This document shows, piece by piece, positions 27,012 through 40,582 of a DNA stretch of 64,000 bases (position 1 is its first letter; the number at the start of each line of letters is the position of its first letter). Below the pieces are notes generated by a model. It worked only from the letters and a program-made list of their open reading frames with translations. It did no database searches and was not told where the DNA came from. The stretch spans positions 11,098,001 to 11,162,000 of the forward strand of contig NC_043015.1 of assembly GCF_006345805.1 (NCBI RefSeq). The letters run 5' to 3'. The stretch is from Octopus sinensis (taxonomy: Eukaryota). Both the position numbers and the translations under genes were made by a program.

Positions 27012-28295
27012 TATAGGTTTCGGTTGTCCAGAAGGTTCTGAGTGTTTTTTAGCTGAATCTTTTAACACTTCATTGAACACACCTGAAACGTAAAATAGCT
27101 AAAATTTGGGGGTTGTTTAAAGTGCTACTGTATCTCTTCTGGTTTCTTTCCTGACTAAAAATAGATTTATCTTTCATTCCACCCACCCGTTATTGAAATG
27201 TGAAATGAGTAACCAAAATGTTGATATTTGCGTTGTAATGCTTCCTTGTTTTTTTTTTAAAAAGGAGAAAATGCTGCAAAGTTTTGCAAAACCATTTGTG
27301 AAGTCTATGGTGATGATGCTCTAGGTGAAACAGCTGTTCGAAGGTGGTTTGCAAAGCTGGAGAGTGTTGCTTGTATGATGACAGTCGCAGTGGAAGACCT
27401 TCGAAATTGGATGAAGATGTTTTGAAGGCAAAAATCGAAGAATACTCAAATATCACGACTAGAGTACTTGAAGAGGAGTTGGGGTATTCTAAAAGTACTG
27501 CTCAATAACACCTAGCGAAACTAGGATACATTTCTCGTTATAATGTATGGGTCCCACAACAAACTCTCAGAAAAGAATTGAATGGACCGGTATTGCGTTT
27601 GCCATATGCTTTTGAAACGGAATGAAATCATGTTTTTTTTTTTGTAAACAACGTGAAACTGGAGATGAAAAATGGTTTGTGTACGAAAACATAGCACGAA
27701 AAATATGCTTGAGTTTGCGTCAGGATCCTCCAAAACAGTAACCAAAGATGAATATCCACGCTAAAGTTTCTTTATTATCTATTTATTATGAGCTTCTCCC
27801 ACAACGAATCAGAGCATGTATTTTGATGTGTACTGTTATCAGCTGGTGAATTTGAACTTTTAAAAAAAATCAAAATATTGAGCCCGAACGTTGCCAACAG
27901 GAAAGGGGTAGTGTTCTAACGAGACAATGCCTGACTACATGTAACTTTGACTACCCGAACAATATTACATAAATTTACTGGGATCTTTTACTTCATCCAC
28001 CATATTCTCCTGATATTGCACCATCCGACTACCACTTGTTTTTGTCTCTACAAAACACATTGCAAGGAAAAATATTTAATGACTTAGATATAGTCAAAAT
28101 GCATCTATATGACTTTTTCTTCAAAACCAATCAAATTTTATGCTGGTGGAAAATTTAAATTGCCTGATAGATGGACAAAGATTATTAATAATAATGGAAA
28201 TTATTTCATTGAATAAAATTTATTGAAAGGTCAAATATTTATATATCTTTCTGGATATTAAAAAACGCTAAGAACTTTCCGGGCAACGTAATATA
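27012..28295 (+). mobile_element. Decayed full-length mariner (DD34D) transposon
   Basis: Translation gives CEVYGDDAL...RRWF, TGDEKWFVYEN, DNA and HPPYSPDIAPSDYHLFLSLQN. Degenerate TIRs: GGTTGTCCAGAAGGTTCTGAGTGTTTTT versus AAAAACGCTAAGAACTTTCCGGGCAAC. Confidence 0.9.
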
Positions 28296-28988
28296 TGGCA
28301 AAATAGTATTCATAATAGATTATGATTTGTTACACTTGGTGTTTTACATACTACATTCTTCTATTCTTTGGACAGAATGCTTGTAGTTAATATCAGCAAC
28401 TGTATTTTTGTTTGCATTGTACTTTAATTGTTTTTATTTCTATTTTTACTATATTGTGGATATTTATTTTTCTATACTGTCGATGTCGTGGTTGTTTGTC
28501 ACTGGTCCGACATGATGGATATGGGAATTGAAGAAATGAATTCAGCATCGCATATTCCATTTTGACATTATTTATCTAAGACTTCATTCGCTAATACTAA
28601 TTTCGTTTTTAAGATATTAACTATGTAAAGCTTGAAAATGATTTATTGCATATTTCTAACAGGTTCAAACAAGCTGAAAAATCACCTCACACTCTTTGCT
28701 TCATGTATGTATCATTTTTATATATTCCTACACTTTTATTGAGAGACCTCTTAGATGTATCTATTTAAATGTTCATGTATTTTCATAAAATGTTGGTGTA
28801 TGTTTATTACAGTTTACATACTGAGTATAATTCTATAACCTAAATAAACTCACAGAAATGCAAGCATGCAGGAGACGTGGGATCAAGATTCAGAGGTACC
28901 ATGAGGTGTTTACTATTCAAAATGTTTTAGCCGAAAATTTATATGGTATTATTCATAGATCTGTCCAAGGTTCATTATCCCAACACAT

Positions 28989-29068
<80 letters not shown>

Positions 29069-29069
<1 letters not shown>

Positions 29070-29223
29070 AAATAGTAAAAAGTGAAAAAACTACAGAAGG
29101 CTTGTTTTAAAAGGTTAAAAAATTTTTTTTTTTTAACCTTTTAAAACAAGCCTTCTGTAGTTTTTTCACTTTTTACTATTTTCTATATATTCAACCACGT
29201 GCTTTCACAAACCAAATTTCTCA

Positions 29224-29263
<40 letters not shown>

Positions 29264-29455
29264 ATATATATATTATATATATATATATATAATATATATA
29301 TTTAAAATAGTAAAAAGTGAAAAAACTACAGAAGGCTTGTTTTAAAAGGTTAAAAAATTTTTTTTTTTTAACCTTTTAAAACAAGCCTTCTGTAGTTTTT
29401 TCACTTTTTACTATTTTCTATATATTCAACCACGTGCTTTCACAAACCAAATTTC

Positions 29456-29490
<35 letters not shown>
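29069..29490. repeat. Tandem duplication (period 235 bp) of a unit containing a perfect 54-bp-arm palindrome
   Basis: Palindromes at 29069-29182 and 29304-29417, each with a T6 spacer. Confidence 0.9.
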
Positions 29491-29527
<37 letters not shown>

Positions 29528-29654
29528 TATATATATATGAATATATATATTTATAAATTGATGTATATGTGTGTATGCCCGCGCGTGCGCGCGCGTGTGT
29601 GTACCCGCACGTGCGCTCATCTGTGTGTAGGTATGTATGTATCTTATATCTTTT

Positions 29655-29995
29655 GTCTTTTACCCGTTTCAGTCGTTAGACGGTGGCCATGCTTGGGCTT
29701 CACCTGGTGAAAGTTTTATGACTTGAACCTACCCCAGTCTTCTGTTCTTTTATTAAGCCCGTTACTCATTCTATCATTCTTTTTGCTGACACGCTAAGTT
29801 ACGGTGACCAACACAGACGCATAAACACTCACTCCATATATATATATATATATATATCCGAGAGGCCTCTTTCAATTTCCATGTAACAAATCTACTCAGC
29901 TTCGGGCAGCTTTGATGCTCTAGTAGAAGATAAGTGCCCAAGCTGCCACGCAGGTTAACTGAAAACAGAAGTATATGGTGAAGTTTCTTAACATA
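29655..29995 (-). mobile_element. Degenerate SINE (family A)
   Basis: Diverged reverse-complement similarity to 57650-58088. Confidence 0.6.
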
Positions 29996-30177
29996 AGATG
30001 ATTTCTGGAGACGAATGCCGCTGGTGTGTTACTTTAAACAGTATATCCACGTTAAGTATGTTATAGAGAATTTCTACTTTGAAATAACACTTACTGCGCA
30101 AATAACGAATACACACACATTCACAATCACCACCACTAACACCATCCACAAATAAGAATTGGAGATAACAAGATATA

Positions 30178-30572
30178 GGCGAAAGAGTGGCTGTGTGTTA
30201 AGCAGCTTGCTTATGAACCACATGGTTCCGGGTTCAGTCCCACTGCGTGGCAACTTGGGCAAGTGTCTTCTACTATAGCCTCGGGCTGACCAAACACTTG
30301 CGAGTGGATTTCGTAGACGGAAACTGAAAGAAGCCCATCGTATATACTTATGTATATATGTTTGTGTGTGTATATGTTTATGTGTCTGTCTTTATCCCCA
30401 ACATTGCTTGATGGTGGTGTGTTTACGTCCCCGTAACTTAGCGGTTCGGCAAAAAAGATCGATAGAATAAGTACTAGGCTTACACATAATAAGATCTGGG
30501 ATCGACTTGCTCGACTAAAGACGGTGCTCCAGCATGGCCGCAGTCAAATGACTGAAACAAGTAAGAGAGTAA
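30178..30572 (+). mobile_element. tRNA-derived SINE (family A) with internal (TA/TG) microsatellite
   Basis: Head GAGTGGCTGTGTG...GGTTCCGGGTTCAGTCCCACTGCGTGG and tail CAGCATGGCCGCAGTCAAATGACTGAAACAAG. Matches 57650-58088. Confidence 0.85.
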
Positions 30573-31723
30573 TAGACTATATAATTTCTAGAAATTCAGA
30601 AAGCACGAAATAGAAGTATATCTAATCGTTATGAAGTTGACTATATCGAGTTAAGTGCAATAGACCCAGTCATGTCCATTGTTTTCATTTACTTGCAAAT
30701 ATAGTCGTGTTTTTTTCTAACTAAAGTAATTTTGAAAGATAATGTGTTTCTTGAAATTCTTTTCTGTTCTACTTTCGCTTTAGAGACGCTAGATTTTTAT
30801 CTTCATCAGGCTATCGTCAAAATTTCACCTAATTAAGAGCTTTTGGCATATATCATTCAGTACACCACGACTTATCTCATTTATCATAATGTTGGTTAGA
30901 ACTCCGACAATGTACAGCATGGATTTAAATAGACGTTATACACAATACAAAAGCCACACTAACTGTAAACACTGGGACAATGAGTTTTCTTGTAGATTAC
31001 ATTGGCTATACAGATGATTTTGGAAATCCTCAGGCATGTGCAATTTCTGCAATAAGTAGATACTTCTGTTGAACAGAAAAAATACCACTTAGACACGAAT
31101 CTCATCGAGTTGAAACCAAGTAAATGAATCGAAAACGACGTTAGTCACAATAAAGAAGCTTCAAATTAATAGAAAATCATTACGTTTTCTTTCAATCTCT
31201 CTAAATTAATTTACGGTAGTTTTACGTACATTTCTCGACTTTGTTCAACACTGGAGTTAATCTTAATTTGGAAGCATTAGCCGAGACATAGCTATTTGCA
31301 GAGCTGATACGCATATTAAACGTTAGCCTTATTTATTGGACGGTGGCTATGCTAAGGCACCAACTTGAATGGTGTGGTCGTGCAAATTTAAACCCATATG
31401 GATGTGTAGGTTCTGCTGCATACACTAACGGTTCCCGTTGCGAAACTGATAAGTTACGGCGATGCAAACAGGCGAACACCAGTTTTCAATTGGTCGGTGG
31501 GGAAAAACAGAAAAACGAAGATGCGCACACAGATACGTTTTTGCGCACGCACGCACCTGCATACAAGCACACACACAAATACACAAACACACTCGTGCGC
31601 GCACACACACGCACCACATATGTATATTATATATATATATAGATATATATATATATATATATATAGATCGTTAGCCACTACAGATTTTTTTCTCTCATTT
31701 TCTCTCTTTGTTTTCTGTGTTCC

Positions 31724-31757
31724 TTTCAGTAGAAGAGCGTAGGCTCGAAACGTTAAA
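31724..31757 (+). ncRNA. Degenerate minimal HHR motif (PLE-type)
   Basis: Reads TTT-CAGTAGA-A-GAGC gtag GCTC-GAAA-CGT-T-AAA. Same architecture as 15425-15459, with two core mismatches. Confidence 0.45.
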
Positions 31758-32085
31758 AATGTTTTCTATTCCTGAGCGTTATACTAATACATTTGTCTTT
31801 TTTGTACACCACATGTCTTCGTTTTTTTTTTCGTATACTGTCCCTATATATATATACATATATAAACAAACATGGATGGCCGTTACGTCAGGCCAGGTAA
31901 GGTACCGTACGGTAGATGAATATTAATATAAATATATATAATATATATGTATGCATATATATAATATATAATATATATATGTATATATACATACGTATAC
32001 GTACATACTTAGATGAATACGTATATACATATGCATATGTGGGCACGGAACGTCACAAAATGTAAACAACAAAAAATACCGAAGT

Positions 32086-32122
<37 letters not shown>

Positions 32123-32274
32123 TATATTAAATTAGAGATAAAACCACTATTAGGCAAATCATACAATGAAAAACTCAGCCAATACATAAGATTAATTATT
32201 TATATTATTTTAAATATATATCAAAATTATTAAAAAAATGATCGTAGTGTTATACTAATTATCTTTTTTTAATA

Positions 32275-32653
32275 AAAATTCCACCGTTCATAGTTAAGGA
32301 TGTATGGCTCACAAGAAGCGCCGTGCTAAACACGCTTGAATCTTCTTTCAGATGCATATTGGAGAAGAGGGTCTCGAGCACTCATCATGCTTCGCTCGAC
32401 ATTCTTAAGAAAAAAACTGCGCCAGGAATGGCTTCGACCCCAAAAGAACGGCTGCGTGCCGGGTGTGAAGTATTTGCACCTAGACTTAAGGCTGTGGTTC
32501 GAAACAAAGGTGGTCATATGGAATAAATGTTGTAGTGTCATAATTTTGTTTCCTTTACCATTGCATCGCAACGCTCGGACCCGAAATATAACAATATTTT
32601 GCTTTGACAAAATTGGAGAAAGAGTTGTTGCCTTAATTTTGGGACACCCAGTA
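32275..32653 (+). mobile_element. 3' end of a Tc1/mariner transposon (DD37D/maT-like)
   Basis: Translation gives VWLTRSAVLNTLESSF..ILEKRV...RLKAVVRNKGGHME*. The TIR-like end CCTTAATTTTGGGACACCCAG is followed by TA. Confidence 0.8.
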
Positions 32654-32747
32654 CACATACACACTGACACACACATATATATATATGTATGTATTGAGAT
32701 ATATATATATATATATGTATGTATTGAGATATATATATGTATGTATT

Positions 32748-32783
<36 letters not shown>

Positions 32784-32814
32784 GAGAGAGAGAGAGAGAG
32801 ATATATTTAGATAG

Positions 32815-32838
32815 ATTGATAGATAGATATATATATAT

Positions 32839-32933
<95 letters not shown>

Positions 32934-32935
32934 TA
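32815..32935. repeat. (GATA)n tetranucleotide array
   Basis: Directly visible. Confidence 0.95.
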
Positions 32936-33543
32936 CATATAGATCACATGTACACATTCATACCGTATGTCATGTATGCGTATATGTGTGTGTCCGTGTT
33001 ATATGCATAGGTGTGTGTTTGTGTCTATGTGTCTCTGAATGGATATTTATAGGTCAACTAGATTAGTCATTTGTATGCCATACAAAACCTTTCTATTTAT
33101 TCGTGAAATTTCTAAATGATTATTGCTGTTTGCAACATACCGGATGTTTTAGTACTTTTAGATTTGGTATCAAGGGAATATGATTAAAAGAACGACGATT
33201 GAATTTGAAATATTCACACCTTCTTTGTAACAGCACTGCGGCGGCTTTGCAAAGACTCTTCACAAGACAATTACATAGAAATCACAAAAAGAGCCTACCG
33301 CATTCTAATTTGGAAAACTGCTTTCCAAACTCATTTCAATGTGATCACAAGTCAAGCCACAATGTTTCCTCATTCACTTCCATATATATCTATAACACAC
33401 ACACACACACATATTTACAAATCTCCTTCTTACTCGTACACATTCCTCGCATCCTTCTCATATACGCACGCACATATACATATATAAATATATACATGTG
33501 CATATGTACCCGTGTGTGTATATATGTACGTATGTATATATAT

Positions 33544-33590
<47 letters not shown>

Positions 33591-33889
33591 TTCGTACGAA
33601 CATATAAATACACATGTATATATATGCAAACACATGTTTATAAGACAGCATGGACATGTATATCAGACATACATTTATACACACACAAACACACACACAT
33701 ATATGTACGTATATATATTCACTTATATACACATATAAATATAGATGTACACTTATAAATATTACATACCTATATATGTATATATATATTTGTATATTTA
33801 TACATTTATGAATATATATATATATATATGTGTATACACACATACATATGCAGATATAAATGTACACATACATACTATATGTTGTTACG

Positions 33890-33936
<47 letters not shown>

Positions 33937-34654
33937 TTGTGTGTATGTATGCTTATATGTATGTATATATGTGTCTGTGTGCTTGTGTTGTGTGTGTGCT
34001 TGTGTCTGTGTGTGCTTGTGTCTGTGTATTCTTGTGTCTGTGTGTGCTTGTGTCTGTGTGTGTATGCTCATGTTACTGTACGTATGTGTACGCTAATGTG
34101 TTTGCCTTCCCCGTTTAATTAGTATTCATTTATGAAAAAGGCTGAAGGCTATTTGGAACCTGCTCCACTAATAGGTGCAGTCCTGTAGTGAGGTCACCAT
34201 ATGCGCAAATAAACACATTTAACTCAGAATATAATTGCCTTCATCTTTGAACACGATATACAAGCCATAGAAATTCGTATTCTATATTCTCGTAAATTGT
34301 ATTCTTGAATCTTTTGGTAGTTTTGCCTTTTGGTTATTGGCACTGTCATGATTCCATACTGATATAACTGCGGCACGAAACAAATGTGCAAATCAAGTCA
34401 ATTTAACTCACAAACATGAAACGAAGGAAATACACAGAAGTACAAAACCATGTATGCGATATGTGTCAATATATCAGCATGTATAGTATATGAATGATTT
34501 GTGTCTACTTCTGTCCCTCTACTCTCATTCTCCCTATATATGGGTGTGTGTATGTGAATGTCTATGTAAGTATATGTATATATGTATTTGATTTATATAA
34601 ATGTATATACATAAGCATACACACACAAACACACACAAACTCGCACACAGACAT

Positions 34655-34699
<45 letters not shown>

Positions 34700-34701
<2 letters not shown>

Positions 34702-34756
34702 TGTAGACAGACAGACAGACAAACAGGCAGACAGACAGACAGATAGACATACAGAT

Positions 34757-34792
<36 letters not shown>

Positions 34793-34840
34793 GATAGATA
34801 GATAGCTAGGTAGGTAGGTAGGTAGATAGATAGATAGATC

Positions 34841-34898
<58 letters not shown>

Positions 34899-34914
34899 GA
34901 ATGGATAGATAGAT

Positions 34915-34980
<66 letters not shown>

Positions 34981-34981
34981 T
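34700..34981. repeat. (GACA)n/(GATA)n/(GGTA)n compound array
   Basis: Directly visible. Confidence 0.95.
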
Positions 34982-36751
34982 CATCCATCTTAACGCTTTT
35001 TGTGTGATTTACGTCTGCAGAGGGAGAGAAAAGACGAGATTGTATATCTACTACCTTAATTTCAACATTTCTCGGTGAGAAGCCAACGAATCACAACTTT
35101 CAGACAATGAACATTTGTATTTGGAGGGTAAATAGCAATAAGTTTAACTTCGTACTTTTAGTTCGGGTTCGTTTACTTTTTCATGTTTTTCTTTTGTTTT
35201 TCGCATGTTCACACAAAACTTGAAATCACGCGAAGCGCCCTGTTGACATTGACAACATAAAAAAAAAAGCAGGTATACAAATACAAACATGCTGGAAATT
35301 AATATGAAATGGCCTATACGCTATTTACTTTAGATATATAATGCTAAAGTCAAAAGTGTAAAACATCAAATAAATGTGCGTTTCCTGCTTCACCGTTTGT
35401 AAACAGTAGCCCCATTGGCTTAAATAGAAGGTGAATAATGTACAAGAAGAATAAGTGAATAAAACAAGGAATTTCATCCCTACACCCTGACACCAATTCG
35501 CCGTTGGCTAACTGCGACATTTCAACAACATACGACTTTCAATAACCAACTTATAAACACTACAAAAATTACATTATTCTTGTGATTTTATTTAGTGTAT
35601 TCATTATTTTCTTCGTGTTACACGACAGGTAATGCCATGATATCGACTATTCATTCAATGCATCACTTCAAGGCAGCCGGTTACATGTTTACAAGTTAAG
35701 CGTATAATTGGGGCACTTAATTACGGTGTGAGACACTTCCTGCATGATTTCAGGTATGTCATTTACGAAGATAACTTTCCTTTTTGATTTAGACGTCTCC
35801 CCATTATCTTGTTGAAGTGTCTCTTGCCCTTAATTTCGAACAAAATCATCCTCTATGGAATCCGATTCCCTTATATTACTGGTTGTTTCTATTTACTTTA
35901 TAACTCATTTATTGACGTGGTCCGAATCCCTTTGACGAGGATTCACCAAAGTTCCTATCGGTATCTCTACTCACACTGTTTTATGACATATCACGTTTTT
36001 CACTATAACACCTTCAAGTCTATTGACTTGTGTGGTTCTTCTATATTCTCTGCCGACCCAGGTTTTACGCATTTTAGGACGGACTTTTCGACTCTTGAGT
36101 ACACTCACGTAGTTTAGCTATTCAGTCGAAACCAGGAAACAGGCTGTGGCCACTTCCGTACATTGATGCATCAGTGGATCTAGACAAGAGCTAGATACAG
36201 GATTAGGAGCCAAAGAATTTCACCGCGTGCATCAGAGATTACACATCACCTCCCTACAAAATTCCAGCTCAGACGAAAGGACATCAAAATCATATGTGAG
36301 TTATATCGAAAACGAAAATGCAGCCATCAAAATATAACAAATTATCAGAAGCAGTGAAGATGAAAAGACGTGTGAGACAACGAGGTATATTATCATCGTA
36401 TGTAATAGATATATTCAGAAAATACGTACTCAGAGGACTCAGTCAGTGGCATGAACATGTAATATAGAAGGTAGGGTGATGATATAACAGTTATTGGCAG
36501 AAATAAATACGTAACTACAAGTTGTTGACTAAAAGAGTAAACTAATAAGGAAGGTCTAAATATAAATATACAACTGAGAAAGACAATGATTATTCTTAAA
36601 ACAGAACAAAAGCAAGTAGATATGAATGAGTAAGGATTGAGCTCGATTACCGGGCTTTACTCTCATTATAATTGTAGAGGGACAGGACAATTCAGAAACA
36701 TCGGGTATATAGAAATAAACACACACACACACAAATATATATACATATATA

Positions 36752-36799
<48 letters not shown>

Positions 36800-37104
36800 G
36801 AGTAGTTGAATGAATTATCTTATTATGGATAATTCGGTTAACCGATACCTGCGTAGCAAAGTTACGTCAGAAAAACACGGTTGAAGCTACATGCCTAGGG
36901 CAGAGATCACGTGCTATCGTGTGTAAATTCGTGTTTTTTTGAATACAAATAAATGAAAGAATGGAGTTGAACACCGAATTAACAAATGATTAACAATGAG
37001 AAATAAAGGAATTTTGTTAATTCGTCGTTCAACTCCATTCTTTCATTTATATATATATATATATATAACAGTAGGTGATTAATTTCTTATTAGACTTTTA
37101 TTAG

Positions 37105-37149
37105 GTACAACATATGTTTCAACCCATGTGTCTGGGTCTTTTCAGGTAC
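37105..37149 (-). ncRNA. Minimal type I hammerhead ribozyme motif (G8A variant)
   Basis: Reads GTAC-CTGAAAA-GACCCA gacaca TGGGTT-GAA-ACAT|ATGT-T-GTAC: helix I 4 bp, helix II 6 bp, zero-loop palindromic helix III, GUU triplet. Confidence 0.7.
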
Positions 37150-37423
37150 ATTGATAAAGGAGTCTCACTAGAACCTTCAGTGTCGGCTGGCTTGTTGTTA
37201 TATGATCATCAAGTTCGGGAATGAATAAAAGTAAATAACATTATAGAAACGCAAAAAAATCAGATATGAACGTGGAAACCATGCGTTCCAGTTCAAATAA
37301 ATTAACCTAAACAGGTTTCGCTGTCGTAACTGCTTAAAGGGAAAAGAACGTAGGAGAAAGGAAGATTAATACTTAGACGAGTTGTTTTATGTTCGTGCCT
37401 ATACACACACACTCACACACACA

Positions 37424-37466
<43 letters not shown>

Positions 37467-37769
37467 TACATTTATGTATATATATATATACTTATATATA
37501 TATATATATATATACATATGTATATATATATATATATACATACACGCTCATATATATATATATATACATGCACATACACAGATACATAAAGATGCTTGCA
37601 GATACATACATAGACCCAGATACATACACACACGAGGACAAACACTCACACACCCTTATTATACATATATATATATTCTTTTACATACACATACGTACGT
37701 ATTTATATACATGCATATTTATATTCATACATATATAGATACATCAGGATTATTATGATACATACTATT

Positions 37770-38720
37770 ACTTAGTTATTAGAGTTATCATTTTTATTAC
37801 TACTACTTGGGGTGTACTGTATTTTCCTATGGTAACCGGCCTTAGGGCAGTTCTATAATAGGTTGCGAGTTTGTTGGATATATTCTCGTTCGCGGATAAT
37901 CTAGACATTCTGGCCGGGATATTCTTAACTAGTCCCCTAGTTAAGGATTGTGGACGATTAGATCTAATGTTTATGTATGTTAATCTCCCATAGGATTTAT
38001 GAAACTGTTCGTGTAGACCAGTACCCAAATCGAAAGTAGCGTCTAAAAAAGTTTATCTACGGTATTCGCTATTTATGGTGATAGAGAATCCGAAATTAAA
38101 AAAAACATATGCAAATATTTATTATATTTTTCTCGCTGTACTTTACTGCATTTATATATGAAGAATAATATGTCGTTCTGTACCGACGTCCACTCATTGC
38201 TAGAATATATAATTGTATCTGGGTTAGGATGGCCGTAACACCGAGGTTTGTTATTTCTGCAGAATCAGATGTTCCCATAGCTATATCAAACGTATTTAGA
38301 GCATCAGACCGGTTCCATAGTTTATTATCAAAATCTACTAGGGTTCCACGCGCGGCTAATATTATGTCAATTTCGTATGTAGAAAGATCAGAAATATTTC
38401 TAGAAGAGAAATAGGGTTAATGGTGTAATACTCTTGAATGAATTTACTGGGTTGATTAGTTTGTAGATGATTAAACCACCCGATTGCGTGTTGTATGTCA
38501 GACCACAGTGCAAAAGTGCTTTTAGATATATATAAGTTTAGGCATAATCCTATCGATTATCGTTTTACCAATCCTGCCAAGGTCCAATTTCGAGGGGCAG
38601 ATTAGGCTAACTTAAAGAGCAATCCTAAAATCAGGTTTATGGTCTTTCAGTATTATTCGACGTTTTTGTGGTACACAAGGTTCAGTCCTATCGTGTATTT
38701 TTAGATTATGCTTAGAGAAA
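37770..38720 (-). mobile_element. Penelope-like element reverse transcriptase fragment (decayed)
   Basis: Translation gives IILKDHKPDF, LICPSKLDLGRIGKTIIDRI, EIDIILAARGTLVDF...FDIAMGTSDSAEIT, a decayed GLYRDD motif and RLTYINIRSNRPQSLTRGLVKNIPARMSRLS. Confidence 0.8.
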
Positions 38721-39130
38721 ACTATCAACACAAACACATTAAACCCATAACGTTGCAAAATCCCAACACCACGCCATGCACTCGAACAAACAGACCTAAC
38801 AGAAAATACAAAAGCCTGATGTCCTTTGGTATAACCCAATCTGGGACTCAAACTTCTCATCCAAGATCAGAAACAATTTTACTCTTCACTCAATCCTTCC
38901 TTCCCTAATAACGGAGAGTACAGCAAAATATTCCACCTTCACACCATAAAACTGTCCGATGCTAACTCATTAAATATAGAACACCACATTCCTAGGATTA
39001 ATAATCATAAACTAAGATAGCGAACAGACTGCACTTAAAATAAGACCGTAAGGATGTCATTCTGCTTGACACCATTCTCTACAGAAATGGGTCCTGCCTT
39101 GCCAATACTAACATTAACCGTGAATACCTG
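38720..39130 (+). mobile_element. Penelope-like RT-EN linker and start of endonuclease, opposite orientation to the adjacent RT
   Basis: Across frameshifts: RPNRKYK(R)PDVLWYNPIWDSNFSSKI...FPNNGEYSKIFHLHTIKLS, resembling the PLE RKRNIIWFNPP...KIFNRNTLKVSY region. Confidence 0.65.
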
Positions 39131-39214
39131 GACAAGATCCATACTTTCTTATCCTCTTTACTCCACACCTATTTGCTCTAAATTTTAAAGTTTTCCAGTC
39201 TCTTAATCATGACC

Positions 39215-39440
39215 CTCTTTATGCAGGTGACTGTGATTTAGTCGGATGACATGCACATACATATGAATCGTGTTTCAGCTTCTTGCAAGGCATTTGGACT
39301 CAGCATTAGCTTGGATAAGGCTGTTGTAATGCTGCAGCCTGCACCAGGAAATCCATATGTGGAACCAGCTATTTTGGTTGAAGGAACAATTCTGAAAGCG
39401 GTAAACAAGTTTGTCTACTTGGACAGCACACTCAGAACGA
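39215..39440 (+). mobile_element. RTE (BovB-like) LINE RT fragment
   Basis: Translation gives LYAGDCDL (YADD-like) followed by MNRVSASCKAFGLSISLDKAVVMLQPAPGNPYVEPAILVEGTILKAVNKFVYLDSTL. Confidence 0.8.
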
Positions 39441-39565
39441 AATCCATCTCCTACTATTAATTATTACTATTACCCTAACTGCCACTGCGGTGTTCCTAAA
39501 GTAGACCCAACGGAAGTGTACCACAAATGTGGAAGACAACAAGTCATTTGAGGGCGGTCATGCTA

Positions 39566-39729
39566 GAGAACCGCCTTTACTCGAGCAACACGACCCCGGG
39601 ACTTATTCTTTTGTAAGTCCATAACTTATTCTATCGGTCTCGTTTGCCGAACCGCAAAGTAACGGGGACATAAACACACCAGCATTGGTTGTCAAGCAAT
39701 GCTAGGGGGACAAACAGAGACACACAAAT

Positions 39730-39760
<31 letters not shown>

Positions 39761-39909
39761 CACATATATACGACGGGCTTCTTTCAAAAGGCTTTGGTCG
39801 GCCCGAGGCTATAGTAGAAGACACTTACCCAAGATGCCACGCAGTGGGACTGAACCCGGAACCATGTGATTGGTAAATGAGCTACTTACCACACAGCCAC
39901 TCCTGCGCC
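39566..39909 (-). mobile_element. tRNA-derived SINE (family A)
   Basis: Reverse complement of the 57650 copy; head GGCGCAGGAGTGGCTGTGTGGTAAGTAG. Confidence 0.85.
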
Positions 39910-39945
<36 letters not shown>

Positions 39946-40379
39946 ATATATATACACACATACATACAAACATACAAGAATAAAAACGTATTTTAAACAA
40001 AAATATGAGCATCCTCATAATAATATAGGCGTACATTTTTGTCGTGCCAGAATTAGTTATTTTACAATTGTTGAAGATTATTTTTGGGAAATGGTTTGTT
40101 CAAAATATTTAGATTCATTATTTTCATGTTAATGTTAGCCACTTAGTGGTATATGTGGCTAATACGCAGCAGGAAAAAAAGCAAGCTAAAAATATTTTAC
40201 TTGAAATTTAAATTGCGATGTCCTTTGTTCTAAATTATATTTATGAGCACTAATAATATAAATTTGAATATAATTTCAATACATAAATCCTCGCTTCGCT
40301 TAATTGCAGAAATAAATATTCAACATAGGGAACACTGGACATTTATATGTGTGCCTGTGAGTGTGTGTGCATGTATATA

Positions 40380-40412
<33 letters not shown>

Positions 40413-40487
40413 ATAAATAACAATATGGTAATAAGAAATTTTGGGGAAGCATCTTATTGTATTTCTCTCTCTCTCTCTCTCTCTCTC

Positions 40488-40521
<34 letters not shown>

Positions 40522-40551
40522 ATACATATTAAGATACATATATATGTATGT

Positions 40552-40582
<31 letters not shown>

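Noticed and set aside
30765-30815. Minus-strand CTGATGA...GAAA
   Set aside because: No helix I or III pairing.
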